From Candidatus Saccharimonadota bacterium (GTDB lineage Bacteria; Bacteroidota; Bacteroidia; Flavobacteriales; Blattabacteriaceae), in contig NZ_CP110504.1 in the NCBI RefSeq assembly GCF_028673255.1, forward strand, positions 1-32,000: a DNA stretch of 32,000 bases, given 5' to 3'. This document shows positions 8,330 through 17,222 of the stretch, one piece after another (position 1 is the stretch's first letter; the number at the start of each line of letters is the position of its first letter). The notes under the pieces were generated by a model. It saw only the letters and a list, made by a program, of their open reading frames with translations, was not told where the DNA came from and ran no database searches. The translations under genes were made by a program, and so were the position numbers.

Positions 8330-8366
8330 TTAATAAATTTGTATTATAAACATCTTTCGTAAAAGA

Positions 8367-8441
8367 TGGTACCTCTCGGAATTGAACCGAGGCAAACACG
8401 GATTTTCAGTCCGTTGCTCTACCAAACTGAGCTAAGATACC
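8367..8441 (-). tRNA. tRNA-Phe (anticodon GAA)
   Basis: The reverse complement reads GGTATCT TA GCTC AGTTTGGTA GAGC A ACGGA CTGAAAA TCCGT ... CTCGG TTCAATT CCGAG AGGTACC A. The anticodon loop CTGAAAA gives GAA. The tRNA 5' nucleotide overlaps the leuS stop codon. Confidence 0.92.
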
Positions 8442-11152
8442 TACTTAGTAACAAAATTAAGAATTTTGTTTTGAACAAGAAACAACTTGTTAATGGGTTG
8501 AGCCATTAACAAAGAGTGAAAAATACGAGTAATAAGTTTACTAGTATTAACTGAAATATCCGTCTTAATTTTGAATTTGAATTTACCATTTAAAGTAATA
8601 GGATAAAGAAGATATTTTTTTAAGAATAAATTTTCATTCATTTTAGGAAAAGTAGCAAAAAATATAGATTTATTATTACCTAATTTTTCCCAAATTTCTT
8701 CTGAGATATGCGGAGCATAAAAACTAATTAATATAGTAAAAGGTTCTAAAATGTCCCGTTTATTACATTTCATTTCTTTTAGCTTATTCAATAAAATCAT
8801 AAATTCACTTATAGGAATATTAAAATGATGTGACTCTAAACTTTTCTTAATTTTAGTAATTGAAACATTCAAAAGACTTTGTTCTTTATAAGAAGATTTA
8901 CTTTCATCAATTCGAAATTTATTTTTATAATGAAATAGATTCCAAAAATTTTTTAAAAACATGTGAACACCTTTAATAGATATTAAATTCCAAATTTTTG
9001 CTTTGTCTAGTGGACCAAGAAACATTTCATATAAACGCAGAGTATCAGCTCCATATTCTTTGCAAATGTAATCAGGATTTATAACATTAAATTTAGATTT
9101 AGACATTTTTTCAACTAAACGATAGCAAAAAAATTTATTATTTTCAGAAATAAATTTAGCAGTCCTGAATTCAGGCATCCAATTTCTGAGTTTTTTAATA
9201 TTAACTTCGTTCTTGTTTTTAAGTAAATTTACATCAATATAAATTTTTTGAAATTTCTTTATATTGTCTTTAACTAAGAAATAAGAGAATAATTTGTTCT
9301 TTTTTTTAAATATTATAGCAGATTTTGCTAAAATCATACCTTGATTTAAAATCTTTCTAAAAGGTTCTTTAGAACTGACAAAACCACGATCATATAAGAA
9401 TTTGTATATAAATCTAGAGTATATTAAGTGTCCGGTAGCATGCTCAATACCTCCAATATATAGATCAACATTTCTCCAATAATTTTCTATTTTTTTATCG
9501 ACTAAGAATTCAAAATTATTAGGATCCATATATCTTAAAAAATAGAAATTTGAAGCAGCCCAACTAGGCATAGTACAAATTTCGAGTTTGAAAATATTTT
9601 TATCATCTATTAAAGAAGTATATACAATTTGCTTTTTCTTTTTATTCCATGCAAAAGCAAAATCTTTTCTTTTGTTTTTAACATTAGGTAAGGATAAAGG
9701 CAGGTATTTCTCATAAATTGGAATAGGAATTTTATTTTTAAAATAAATTGGTATAGGTTCTCCCCAAGAACGCTGTCTAGAAAAAATAGCATTATTAATT
9801 TTGTATTTTCTACAAAGAAATCCTATTTTTTTTGTAATCAGAAATTTAATAATTAATAAATTTGCAATTTTAATATCCAGACCAGTTAAAAACTTAGAAT
9901 TTATACAAATTTTGTGAAATTTATTTTTGTTTATAATTCTTGTAATATTTAAGTTAATTTTTTTAGCCAAGAAATAACTTTCAAAGTTTACATAAGGTAT
10001 ACAATGTATAATTTTTTTATTAAACTTATCTTTGACAAAATTGCTTATAAATATAGGAATCTTATTTGTATTTAAATTGTTCACGGCATATAATCCAGAA
10101 AAAATGACTATTCTATTTTTGAATATTCTCTTTTTATAATTTCTACCAAACTGAGTATATTTTTTAATTAAAGAACTACCAAAAGGGAAACAAAAGAAAG
10201 AAATACCAAACAATAAATATGGTTTAGTAGTGAAAATTTCAAATTTTGCTCTTTTATTGATTATGTTATTCTCTTTATATAAAAAGAAAACTATATTTAT
10301 ACCCTTAGTTTCACAAATCCAATTTTTTTGAATAGATTTTAGTTTCTTAGTACCCTTTATGAGTTTTAAGTCTTTTAAGAGTCTTACTAAGTAAGCCTTG
10401 ATTCTAAGACTCCATTGAAACATTTTTTTTTTACAAACGGGATAACAACCAATTTTACTAAGCTTGTTTTCAATTTCTTCATTTGCAAGCACAGAACCTA
10501 ACTTTGGACACCAATTGACTGAACTTTTAGAAATAAAAGCTAAACGATAGTTTTGTAAAATTCTTTCTTGATCTGAACAATTCAATTTTTTCCATTGAAA
10601 TGAATTAAATTTTTTACTAAATCTGGAATAAGCAAGAACGTTCAAGTTACCATTCTTATTAAAGATTTTAATTAATTTCTTAATATCTTTAGCCTTTTCC
10701 TTTTTTTTATCATACCATGAATTAAAAAGTTTAAGAAAAATCCATTGTGTCCATTTAAAATATTCTTTTTTATGAGTAGAAATAGTTCTGTTCCAATCAT
10801 AAGAAAGCCCTAATTTTAATAATTGTTTACTATATTTTTTGATGTTTAATTTAGTAATTTGTTTAGGAGATTGCCCAGTCTTAATAGCAAATTGTTCTGT
10901 AGGTAATCCAAAAGAATCAAATCCAATAGGATGTAAAACATTATAACCAAGACTTTTTTTGAAACGTGAAAAGACATCAGAAGCTGTATAACCCAATATG
11001 TGACCAACATGTAAACCATATCCTGAAGGATATGGAAACATATCTAAAACATAAAATTTTTTTTTATCTAAAATGTTTTTAGTAAGATAGATTTTATTTT
11101 TTTTCCAAATTTCTTGCCATTTAGTTTCTATTTTTTTAAAGTTATACTTCAT
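8441..11152 (-). CDS. leuS: Leucyl-tRNA synthetase
   Basis: 903-aa ORF with the HIGH motif region PYPSGYGLHVGHILGY and the KMSKS motif VEKMSKSKFNV. NWCPKLGSVLANEE and SRQRSWGEPIP are also present, and a CP1-sized insertion is retained. Confidence 0.97.
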   Translation of the reverse strand: MKYNFKKIETKWQEIWKKNKIYLTKNILDKKKFYVLDMFPYPSGYGLHVGHILGYTASDVFSRFKKSLGYNVLHPIGFDSFGLPTEQFAIKTGQSPKQITKLNIKKYSKQLLKLGLSYDWNRTISTHKKEYFKWTQWIFLKLFNSWYDKKKEKAKDIKKLIKIFNKNGNLNVLAYSRFSKKFNSFQWKKLNCSDQERILQNYRLAFISKSSVNWCPKLGSVLANEEIENKLSKIGCYPVCKKKMFQWSLRIKAYLVRLLKDLKLIKGTKKLKSIQKNWICETKGINIVFFLYKENNIINKRAKFEIFTTKPYLLFGISFFCFPFGSSLIKKYTQFGRNYKKRIFKNRIVIFSGLYAVNNLNTNKIPIFISNFVKDKFNKKIIHCIPYVNFESYFLAKKINLNITRIINKNKFHKICINSKFLTGLDIKIANLLIIKFLITKKIGFLCRKYKINNAIFSRQRSWGEPIPIYFKNKIPIPIYEKYLPLSLPNVKNKRKDFAFAWNKKKKQIVYTSLIDDKNIFKLEICTMPSWAASNFYFLRYMDPNNFEFLVDKKIENYWRNVDLYIGGIEHATGHLIYSRFIYKFLYDRGFVSSKEPFRKILNQGMILAKSAIIFKKKNKLFSYFLVKDNIKKFQKIYIDVNLLKNKNEVNIKKLRNWMPEFRTAKFISENNKFFCYRLVEKMSKSKFNVINPDYICKEYGADTLRLYEMFLGPLDKAKIWNLISIKGVHMFLKNFWNLFHYKNKFRIDESKSSYKEQSLLNVSITKIKKSLESHHFNIPISEFMILLNKLKEMKCNKRDILEPFTILISFYAPHISEEIWEKLGNNKSIFFATFPKMNENLFLKKYLLYPITLNGKFKFKIKTDISVNTSKLITRIFHSLLMAQPINKLFLVQNKILNFVTK

Positions 11153-11157
11153 TATAC

Positions 11158-12420
11158 TTAATATTGAAAATATAAAATGTAAAAATTTTTCTTTCCTTTT
11201 TTTATGAGAATAAAATGATTATAAATCAAATCTTTTTTAGTGATGACATAATCACTAAAGAAAGTATTCATGTTTAAAAGGAGTGAATTAAATTTAATTT
11301 TTCTTAAAACTTCCGTTTTTGATTTACAAATAAAGTTATCAAGAATTAAAAGGTCCAAAATCTTAAAATTAAAGGTTGTGGAATTTAATAGAATTTTTTT
11401 ACAAGGAAGATATTTTTGAAATAGTAAGAAATCTTTTTTTCTTAAAAAAGTGTTCATATTTTTTCTCTTCTGATTAAATAAAATTTGGTTTATATTATAA
11501 ATATCTGTAAAAGTTTTTTTACTATGTACTAAAATAGTAGTAGCTTTAGCTATTTTTCTTTGTAAGATCCTTAAAAATGGAGCTCTATCGTGTAAAGTAA
11601 TTATTTTATAAATAGATCTTTTATTATAAAAAGTAAAAATTTTTATTAATTTTTTAGCTTGTACATCTGAAATATTCATCCAAAATTGATAAAACTTATA
11701 AGGTGAAGTTAATTTGGGGTCAAGCCAAATATTATCTCCATTTTCAGTTTTACCAAATTTGGTTCCATCGGATTTAGTAAGGAGGTTATGAGTCAAACCA
11801 TGTACTTTAGTTTTTTGTTTTTTTTTAATTAACTCAATTCCACAAGTAATATTCCCCCATTGATCTGAGCCTCCTATTTGTAAAACACATTTTTGATTTT
11901 TGTATAAATAATAAAAATCATAAGCTTGTAAAAGTTGATAGGTAAATTCAGTAAAAGAGAGACTTAGTCGTCTTTTTTTAACTGAATCTTTATTTAACAT
12001 ATAATTAATATCAAAGCATTTTCCAATATTTCTAGAAAATTCAAGAAACTTTAGTTTTTTATTCCAATTATTATTCAGAATTGGTATTTTAAATTGTTTT
12101 GAGAATTTAAATAATTGTTTTCTAATTTTTCTAGAATATAAAAAAATGTCATGCTTTTTCATTAAACTACGTTCTCCTTTTTTACCAGATGGATCCCCAA
12201 TTAAACTAGTACTAGTACCAAGCAAAAAAAAAACATTATGTCCATAATTTTTAAAATGAATAGAAAGAATAATAGAAATTAAATTACCAATATGCAAAGA
12301 AGAAGAAGTGGGATCAAACCCAGAATAAAGGCTAACCTTTCTTTTAAAAATATCTGAAATCCCATTAGTAGTATTAATAATTAAACCTCTCCATTTAATT
12401 TCTGGAATAATTTTGCGCAT
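11158..12420 (-). CDS. tyrS: Tyrosyl-tRNA synthetase
   Basis: 420-aa ORF. The N-terminus has EIKWRGLI, the HIGH-type motif is SSLHIGNL, and the KMSKS-type motif is TKFGKTENG. GGSDQWGNI is present and the C-terminal region is S4-like. Confidence 0.95.
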   Translation of the reverse strand: MRKIIPEIKWRGLIINTTNGISDIFKRKVSLYSGFDPTSSSLHIGNLISIILSIHFKNYGHNVFFLLGTSTSLIGDPSGKKGERSLMKKHDIFLYSRKIRKQLFKFSKQFKIPILNNNWNKKLKFLEFSRNIGKCFDINYMLNKDSVKKRRLSLSFTEFTYQLLQAYDFYYLYKNQKCVLQIGGSDQWGNITCGIELIKKKQKTKVHGLTHNLLTKSDGTKFGKTENGDNIWLDPKLTSPYKFYQFWMNISDVQAKKLIKIFTFYNKRSIYKIITLHDRAPFLRILQRKIAKATTILVHSKKTFTDIYNINQILFNQKRKNMNTFLRKKDFLLFQKYLPCKKILLNSTTFNFKILDLLILDNFICKSKTEVLRKIKFNSLLLNMNTFFSDYVITKKDLIYNHFILIKKGKKNFYILYFQY

Positions 12421-12559
12421 AAGAACAGACTAGTTAACATAGTATTGTATATTTGAAGAATGAAACAATAAGCAGAAAAAATTATTCAAAAAATAATATA
12501 CACAAAAAAGATACCAAAAAGTACAGAATTACTTATTTTGAAAAGTTGAAATTGATGGT

Positions 12560-13720
12560 ATGCAACAGAAACAAATAAGAATTTTTGATACGACCTTAAG
12601 AGATGGAGAACAAGTACCAGGTTGCAAACTAAACGAAAAAGAAAAAATTATAATAGCTAAAAATCTAGAACTATTAGGAGTAGATATAATAGAAGCAGGT
12701 TTTCCAATTTCTAGTCCAGGCGATTTTAAATCTGTGAAAGAAATTTCAAAAAATATTTCAAATACTATAATATGTTGCCTAACCAGAGCAAAAAAAAAAG
12801 ATATAGAAATAGCTGCACAAGCATTAAAATATGCTAAACGTCCTAGAATTCATACTGGAATAGGCACTTCTGAGTCTCATATAAAAAATAAATTTAAGAG
12901 CACAGAAGAAAAGATATTAAACATTGCATATGAATCAGTAAAGTATGCAAAAAAATTTGTAGAAGATATTGAATTCTATGCAGAAGATGCTGGAAGAACC
13001 GACAATTTGTTTTTAGCAAAAGTTTGTGAAAAAGTTATCAAAGCAGGAGCAACAGTAATTAATTTACCAGATACTACTGGATATTGTTTACCAGAAGAAT
13101 ATGGTAAAAAAATAAAATTTTTACTAGAGAATGTACCAAATATAGACCATGTAACACTATCAACTCATTGTCATGATGATTTTGGATTAGCAACTGCAAA
13201 TTCAATAGAAGGGATCAAACAAGGTGCACGACAAGTAGAATGCACTATAAATGGTATTGGTGAAAGAGCAGGTAATACACCATTAGAAGAAATAGTAATG
13301 ATATTAAAAAAAAAGAAAGAATTAAATTGTTTTACTAATATTAATACAAAAATGTTATATCCGATTAGTAACTTGGTCTCTCAATATACTGGAATGGTTG
13401 TACCCCAAAATAAAGCGATAATAGGAAACAATGCGTTTTCTCATTCATCTGGGATTCATCAGGATGGAATGATAAAGAATAGTGAAACATATGAAATTAT
13501 AAATCCAAAAGAAGTGGGATATAACAACTCAGAGAACAACTCGTCAATAGTTTTAACTGCTCGTAGTGGACGATCAGCGTTAATATATAGATATAAAAAA
13601 TTAGGCTATGCATTGAAAACAAAGAAAATTGACACAATCTATCCAATATTTTTAGAATATGCGGATAAAAAAAAAGAAATTTCTGATGAAGACTTAAAAG
13701 AAATTATAAACAGTATATAA
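12560..13720 (+). CDS. leuA: 2-isopropylmalate synthase, short form without the C-terminal regulatory (LeuA_dimer) domain
   Basis: 386-aa ORF starting [16 protein letters not shown], with [13 protein letters not shown] and [16 protein letters not shown] (HMGL-like TIM-barrel signatures). It is the first gene of a leuA-C-D-B cluster. Confidence 0.93.
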   Translation: MQQKQIRIFDTTLRDGEQVPGCKLNEKEKIIIAKNLELLGVDIIEAGFPISSPGDFKSVKEISKNISNTIICCLTRAKKKDIEIAAQALKYAKRPRIHTGIGTSESHIKNKFKSTEEKILNIAYESVKYAKKFVEDIEFYAEDAGRTDNLFLAKVCEKVIKAGATVINLPDTTGYCLPEEYGKKIKFLLENVPNIDHVTLSTHCHDDFGLATANSIEGIKQGARQVECTINGIGERAGNTPLEEIVMILKKKKELNCFTNINTKMLYPISNLVSQYTGMVVPQNKAIIGNNAFSHSSGIHQDGMIKNSETYEIINPKEVGYNNSENNSSIVLTARSGRSALIYRYKKLGYALKTKKIDTIYPIFLEYADKKKEISDEDLKEIINSI

Positions 13721-13724
13721 GAAT

Positions 13725-15122
13725 ATGGCACTGACAATTTTTGATAAAATATGGAATTCCCATATTATAGATACAATAAATAAAAAAATAGATATTATCT
13801 ATTTAGATAAACAATTTATTCATGAAGTAACTAGTCCACAAGCTTTTGAAACATTAGAAAAAAGAAAAATTAAAATATTCAGGCCTGAAAAAATTATAGC
13901 TACTGCAGATCATAATGTTCCTACTAAAAATCAACATTTACCAATTAAAAATGCTTTATCTAGGTTACAAATAAATTTACTTAGAAAAAATTGCATAAAG
14001 AACGGAATTAAATTTTTTGGTTTAGGACATAAATATCAAGGAATAGTCCATGTAATTGGACCAGAATTAGGAATTACTTTACCCGGAATGACTCTAGTGT
14101 GTGGGGATAGTCATACTTCTACCCATGGTGCTTTAGGTTGTATTGCATTTGGAATTGGGACTAGTCAAGTAGCTATGGTAATGGCTTCTCAATGCTTATT
14201 GCTTAAGAAACCTAAAAAAATGCGAATTCTTATAAAAGGTAAATTAAAATTAGGAGTGACACCAAAAGATATAATCTTATATATAATATCGAAAGTAGGT
14301 ACTGGAGGAGCAACTGGATACTTTGTTGAATACTCAGGGACAGTAATTGATGAAATGAAGATGGATGGCAGAATGACTATTTGTAATATGAGTATTGAAA
14401 TGGGTGCAAGAGGAGGAATAATAGCACCAGACAAAACTACTTATAATTATATAAAAGATAGAGCATTCAGTCCGAAAAGAGAAAAGTTCATAGCAGCTAA
14501 GTTATTTTGGAAAACTTTGAAAACAGATAAAAATGCTCATTTTGATAAAGAATATGAATTTGATGTCTCTAAGATAGAACCGATGATAACATATGGAACG
14601 TCACCAAATATGTGTATAAAAATAGATGATTGTATCCCAAAAAAATCTGAAAATTACTTTAATAAGTCTTTAAAATATATGGGTTTTCAACCAGGAGAAT
14701 ATTTATTAGGAAAAACGATTAATTATGTTTTTATTGGCAGTTGTACAAATTCTAGACTTGATGATCTTAGGTTAGTATCAAAAATAGTAAAAGGAAAAAA
14801 AGTTGCTAAAAATGTACATGCTATGATAGTCCCAGGATCAACACAAGTATTTAGACAATTAATTAAAGAAAAAATAGATATTACCTTAAAAGAGTCGGGT
14901 TTTGATTTACGTCAACCTGGCTGTTCTGCTTGCTTAGGGATGAATGAAGATAAAATACCTTATGGAGAATATTGTGTTTCGACCTCAAATCGTAATTTTG
15001 AAGGACGTCAAGGCAAAGGGGCACGTACGTTATTAACAAGTCCTTTAGTCGCTGCTATTACTGCTTTAAAAGGTAAACTAGTAAGTATTAAAAAATATCT
15101 TAAAAAATATGGAGAAATTTAA
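13725..15122 (+). CDS. leuC: 3-isopropylmalate dehydratase large subunit
   Basis: 465-aa aconitase-family ORF. It contains VCGDSHTSTHGALG, IGSCTNSRLDDLR and CSACLGMN, which carry the Fe-S cluster cysteines. Confidence 0.96.
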   Translation: MALTIFDKIWNSHIIDTINKKIDIIYLDKQFIHEVTSPQAFETLEKRKIKIFRPEKIIATADHNVPTKNQHLPIKNALSRLQINLLRKNCIKNGIKFFGLGHKYQGIVHVIGPELGITLPGMTLVCGDSHTSTHGALGCIAFGIGTSQVAMVMASQCLLLKKPKKMRILIKGKLKLGVTPKDIILYIISKVGTGGATGYFVEYSGTVIDEMKMDGRMTICNMSIEMGARGGIIAPDKTTYNYIKDRAFSPKREKFIAAKLFWKTLKTDKNAHFDKEYEFDVSKIEPMITYGTSPNMCIKIDDCIPKKSENYFNKSLKYMGFQPGEYLLGKTINYVFIGSCTNSRLDDLRLVSKIVKGKKVAKNVHAMIVPGSTQVFRQLIKEKIDITLKESGFDLRQPGCSACLGMNEDKIPYGEYCVSTSNRNFEGRQGKGARTLLTSPLVAAITALKGKLVSIKKYLKKYGEI

Positions 15123-15690
15123 GACCCTAATTAGTAGATGTCTACCTTTAGACATAGATAATATTGATACTGATCAAATTATTCCAGCTAGATTTTTGAA
15201 AATTTCATCTAGATTAAATATAGGAAAAAATTTCTTTAGAGACTGGCGGTACTATAAAAATGGAAAGCCAACCAACTTTATATTAAATAATCCAAAATAT
15301 ACTGGAGAAATTTTAATCACAGGAAAAAATTTTGGGTGTGGGTCAAGTCGCGAGCATGCAGTATGGGCAATTATGGATTATGGAATTAAAGTAATAATTT
15401 CAAATTATTTTGCTGATATATTTAAACAAAATGCGTTAAATAATGGGTTATTACTGATAGAACTGAAACAAGATATTGTGAATTATATTTTGAAGAATAT
15501 CTTAAAGGCACCTAATAGTAACTTGAAAATAAATTTAAAAGAAGAATATGTAGAGTTTAAAAATAAAAAACAAAAATTTGAAATAAATACTTATAAAAAA
15601 AAATGTTTTCTTAAAGGATATGATGATATAGATTTTTTAATGAATTTAAAACATAAAATAAGTAAATTTGAAAAACAACTATTTTATTAA
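15109..15690 (+). CDS. leuD: 3-isopropylmalate dehydratase small subunit
   Basis: 193-aa ORF with DNIDTDQIIPARFLK and GKNFGCGSSREHAVWA. It overlaps leuC by 14 nt. Confidence 0.93.
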   Translation: MEKFKTLISRCLPLDIDNIDTDQIIPARFLKISSRLNIGKNFFRDWRYYKNGKPTNFILNNPKYTGEILITGKNFGCGSSREHAVWAIMDYGIKVIISNYFADIFKQNALNNGLLLIELKQDIVNYILKNILKAPNSNLKINLKEEYVEFKNKKQKFEINTYKKKCFLKGYDDIDFLMNLKHKISKFEKQLFY

Positions 15691-15732
15691 GTTCTTATTA
15701 ATATTATATTATTAATTAATTACGAAGCATAA

Positions 15733-16815
15733 ATGAAAATTATGGTAATGAAAATTGCAATCCTACCAGGAGATGGAATAGGACCAGAAATTTTGGTTCA
15801 ATCATTAAAAGTATTAAAAGCAATAAGTTTAAAATTTGGACATAAATTTCTTATTTATAAGGGTTTGATAGGGGCCGAGTCAATTAAAAAAAAAGGATTA
15901 CCAATTACTAAAGAAACGATAAATCTTTGTAAAAGTTCTGATACTATCTTATTAGGAGCAGTAGGTGATCCATTATATGATAATGACCCTACAAGAAATA
16001 TTAGACCTGAACAAGGCCTTTTAGAATTAAGAAAAAAATTATGCTTATATTGTAATATGAGACCGATCAAAACATATAATAAACTCTTAAAAGTTGCTCC
16101 AATTAAACAAGCAGTTATAAAAAACGTAAATTTTGTTATTTTTAGAGAATTAACAAGTGGAATATATTTTGGAAACAAATGGAGATCAAAATATGAAGCA
16201 TATGATATATGTACTTATAATAAACATATAATTAAAAAAATAGCTATGAAAGCATTTGAAACTGCTAGAAAACGCAAAAAAAAAATTACGTTAGTAGATA
16301 AAGCAAATGTATTAGAAACTTCTAGATTATGGCGAGAAACAGTAAAAGAAATAGCTCAAGAAAACCAAGATATTAAAGTAGATTATATTTTTATTGATAA
16401 CGCAAGTATGCAAATAGTTTTACAACCTAGACAGTTTGATATTTTACTAACTGATAACATGTTTGGTGATATTTTATCTGATGAAGCTAGTGTTCTAGTT
16501 GGGTCATTAGGGTTATTGCCTTCTGTTTCTTTTGGAAATCATTATTCATTATATGAACCAGTACATGGTTCATTTACGCAAGCAAAAGGAAAAAATATTG
16601 CTAATCCACTAGGATCTATCATTTCGGTTTCTTTAATGTTAGAAAATTTTGGTTTTCAAAAAGAAAGTTTTTTGATCAATCGGGCAGTAACTGAATCAAT
16701 AAATTTAGGAATTACTACTAAAGATATAAATACTAAAAACCCTTGCACAACTAGTGCAGTAGGAGATTTTTTATTTAGTTCAATTTTGAATAAAAGAAAA
16801 AGAAGAATAAGATAA
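15733..16815 (+). CDS. leuB: 3-isopropylmalate dehydrogenase
   Basis: 360-aa ORF with IAILPGDGIGPE, NMFGDILSDEASVLVGSLGLLPS and YEPVHGS. The true start may be the ATG at 15742 or 15748 (MKIAILPGDG). Confidence 0.95.
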   Translation: MKIMVMKIAILPGDGIGPEILVQSLKVLKAISLKFGHKFLIYKGLIGAESIKKKGLPITKETINLCKSSDTILLGAVGDPLYDNDPTRNIRPEQGLLELRKKLCLYCNMRPIKTYNKLLKVAPIKQAVIKNVNFVIFRELTSGIYFGNKWRSKYEAYDICTYNKHIIKKIAMKAFETARKRKKKITLVDKANVLETSRLWRETVKEIAQENQDIKVDYIFIDNASMQIVLQPRQFDILLTDNMFGDILSDEASVLVGSLGLLPSVSFGNHYSLYEPVHGSFTQAKGKNIANPLGSIISVSLMLENFGFQKESFLINRAVTESINLGITTKDINTKNPCTTSAVGDFLFSSILNKRKRRIR

Positions 16816-16862
16816 AGAAATAATACGTAATTTAATACCCAAAAATTTTTCTTATTACATGT

Positions 16863-17138
16863 TCAAAACATTTTTTTTTTTATATATCTGAAGAGAAGAT
16901 AATATCTTTTTTGTTTTTTTAATGTAATTATTTTTTTATTCAATTGATAAGACATTCTCATTAATCTTTTTATTCTATTTCTTTTAAAAGATTTTATAAT
17001 TTGTTTTTTTGATACGAATAAAGCTACTTTTACTTTCTTTCTATATTTCTCATTATATTCTTTTTCTATATATGCTACATTCAACAAATTATTTTCTATT
17101 TGTTTTACTTTCCTAAATATTTGATATAAATTATTCAT
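16863..17138 (-). CDS. rnpA: Ribonuclease P protein component (minimal, 91 aa)
   Basis: It contains the RNR-type motif KSFKRNRIKRLMR, characteristic of bacterial RnpA. The protein is short and highly basic. Confidence 0.75.
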   Translation of the reverse strand: MNNLYQIFRKVKQIENNLLNVAYIEKEYNEKYRKKVKVALFVSKKQIIKSFKRNRIKRLMRMSYQLNKKIITLKKQKRYYLLFRYIKKKMF

Positions 17139-17222
17139 TAGCGAGAAAATTAATTTTTTCTTTATATTTATTCTATACTTACATATTATTTTTATAAATC
17201 ATTAAAAAGAAGTAAAAATTTT

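Noticed and set aside
7987-8366. Possibility that the long spacer encodes a known small RNA (SRP/4.5S RNA, tmRNA near smpB, RNase P RNA near rnpA, 6S)
   Set aside because: I could not find the conserved SRP domain IV motif (GGAA tetraloop flanked by AGCAGC / CAGG-type strands), a tRNA-like tmRNA terminus or RNase P core helices by eye. This is left open pending an Infernal/Rfam scan.
9610-9792. 60-aa ORF on the minus strand within leuS, in a different frame
   Set aside because: It is fully embedded in leuS in an alternative frame, has no recognisable features, and its length is near the chance expectation.
14189-14434. 81-aa minus-strand ORF inside leuC
   Set aside because: It is antisense to a highly conserved part of leuC. 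The open frame is explained by the codon bias of the sense strand.
15855-16178. 107-aa minus-strand ORF inside leuB
   Set aside because: Antisense shadow ORF with no motif content.
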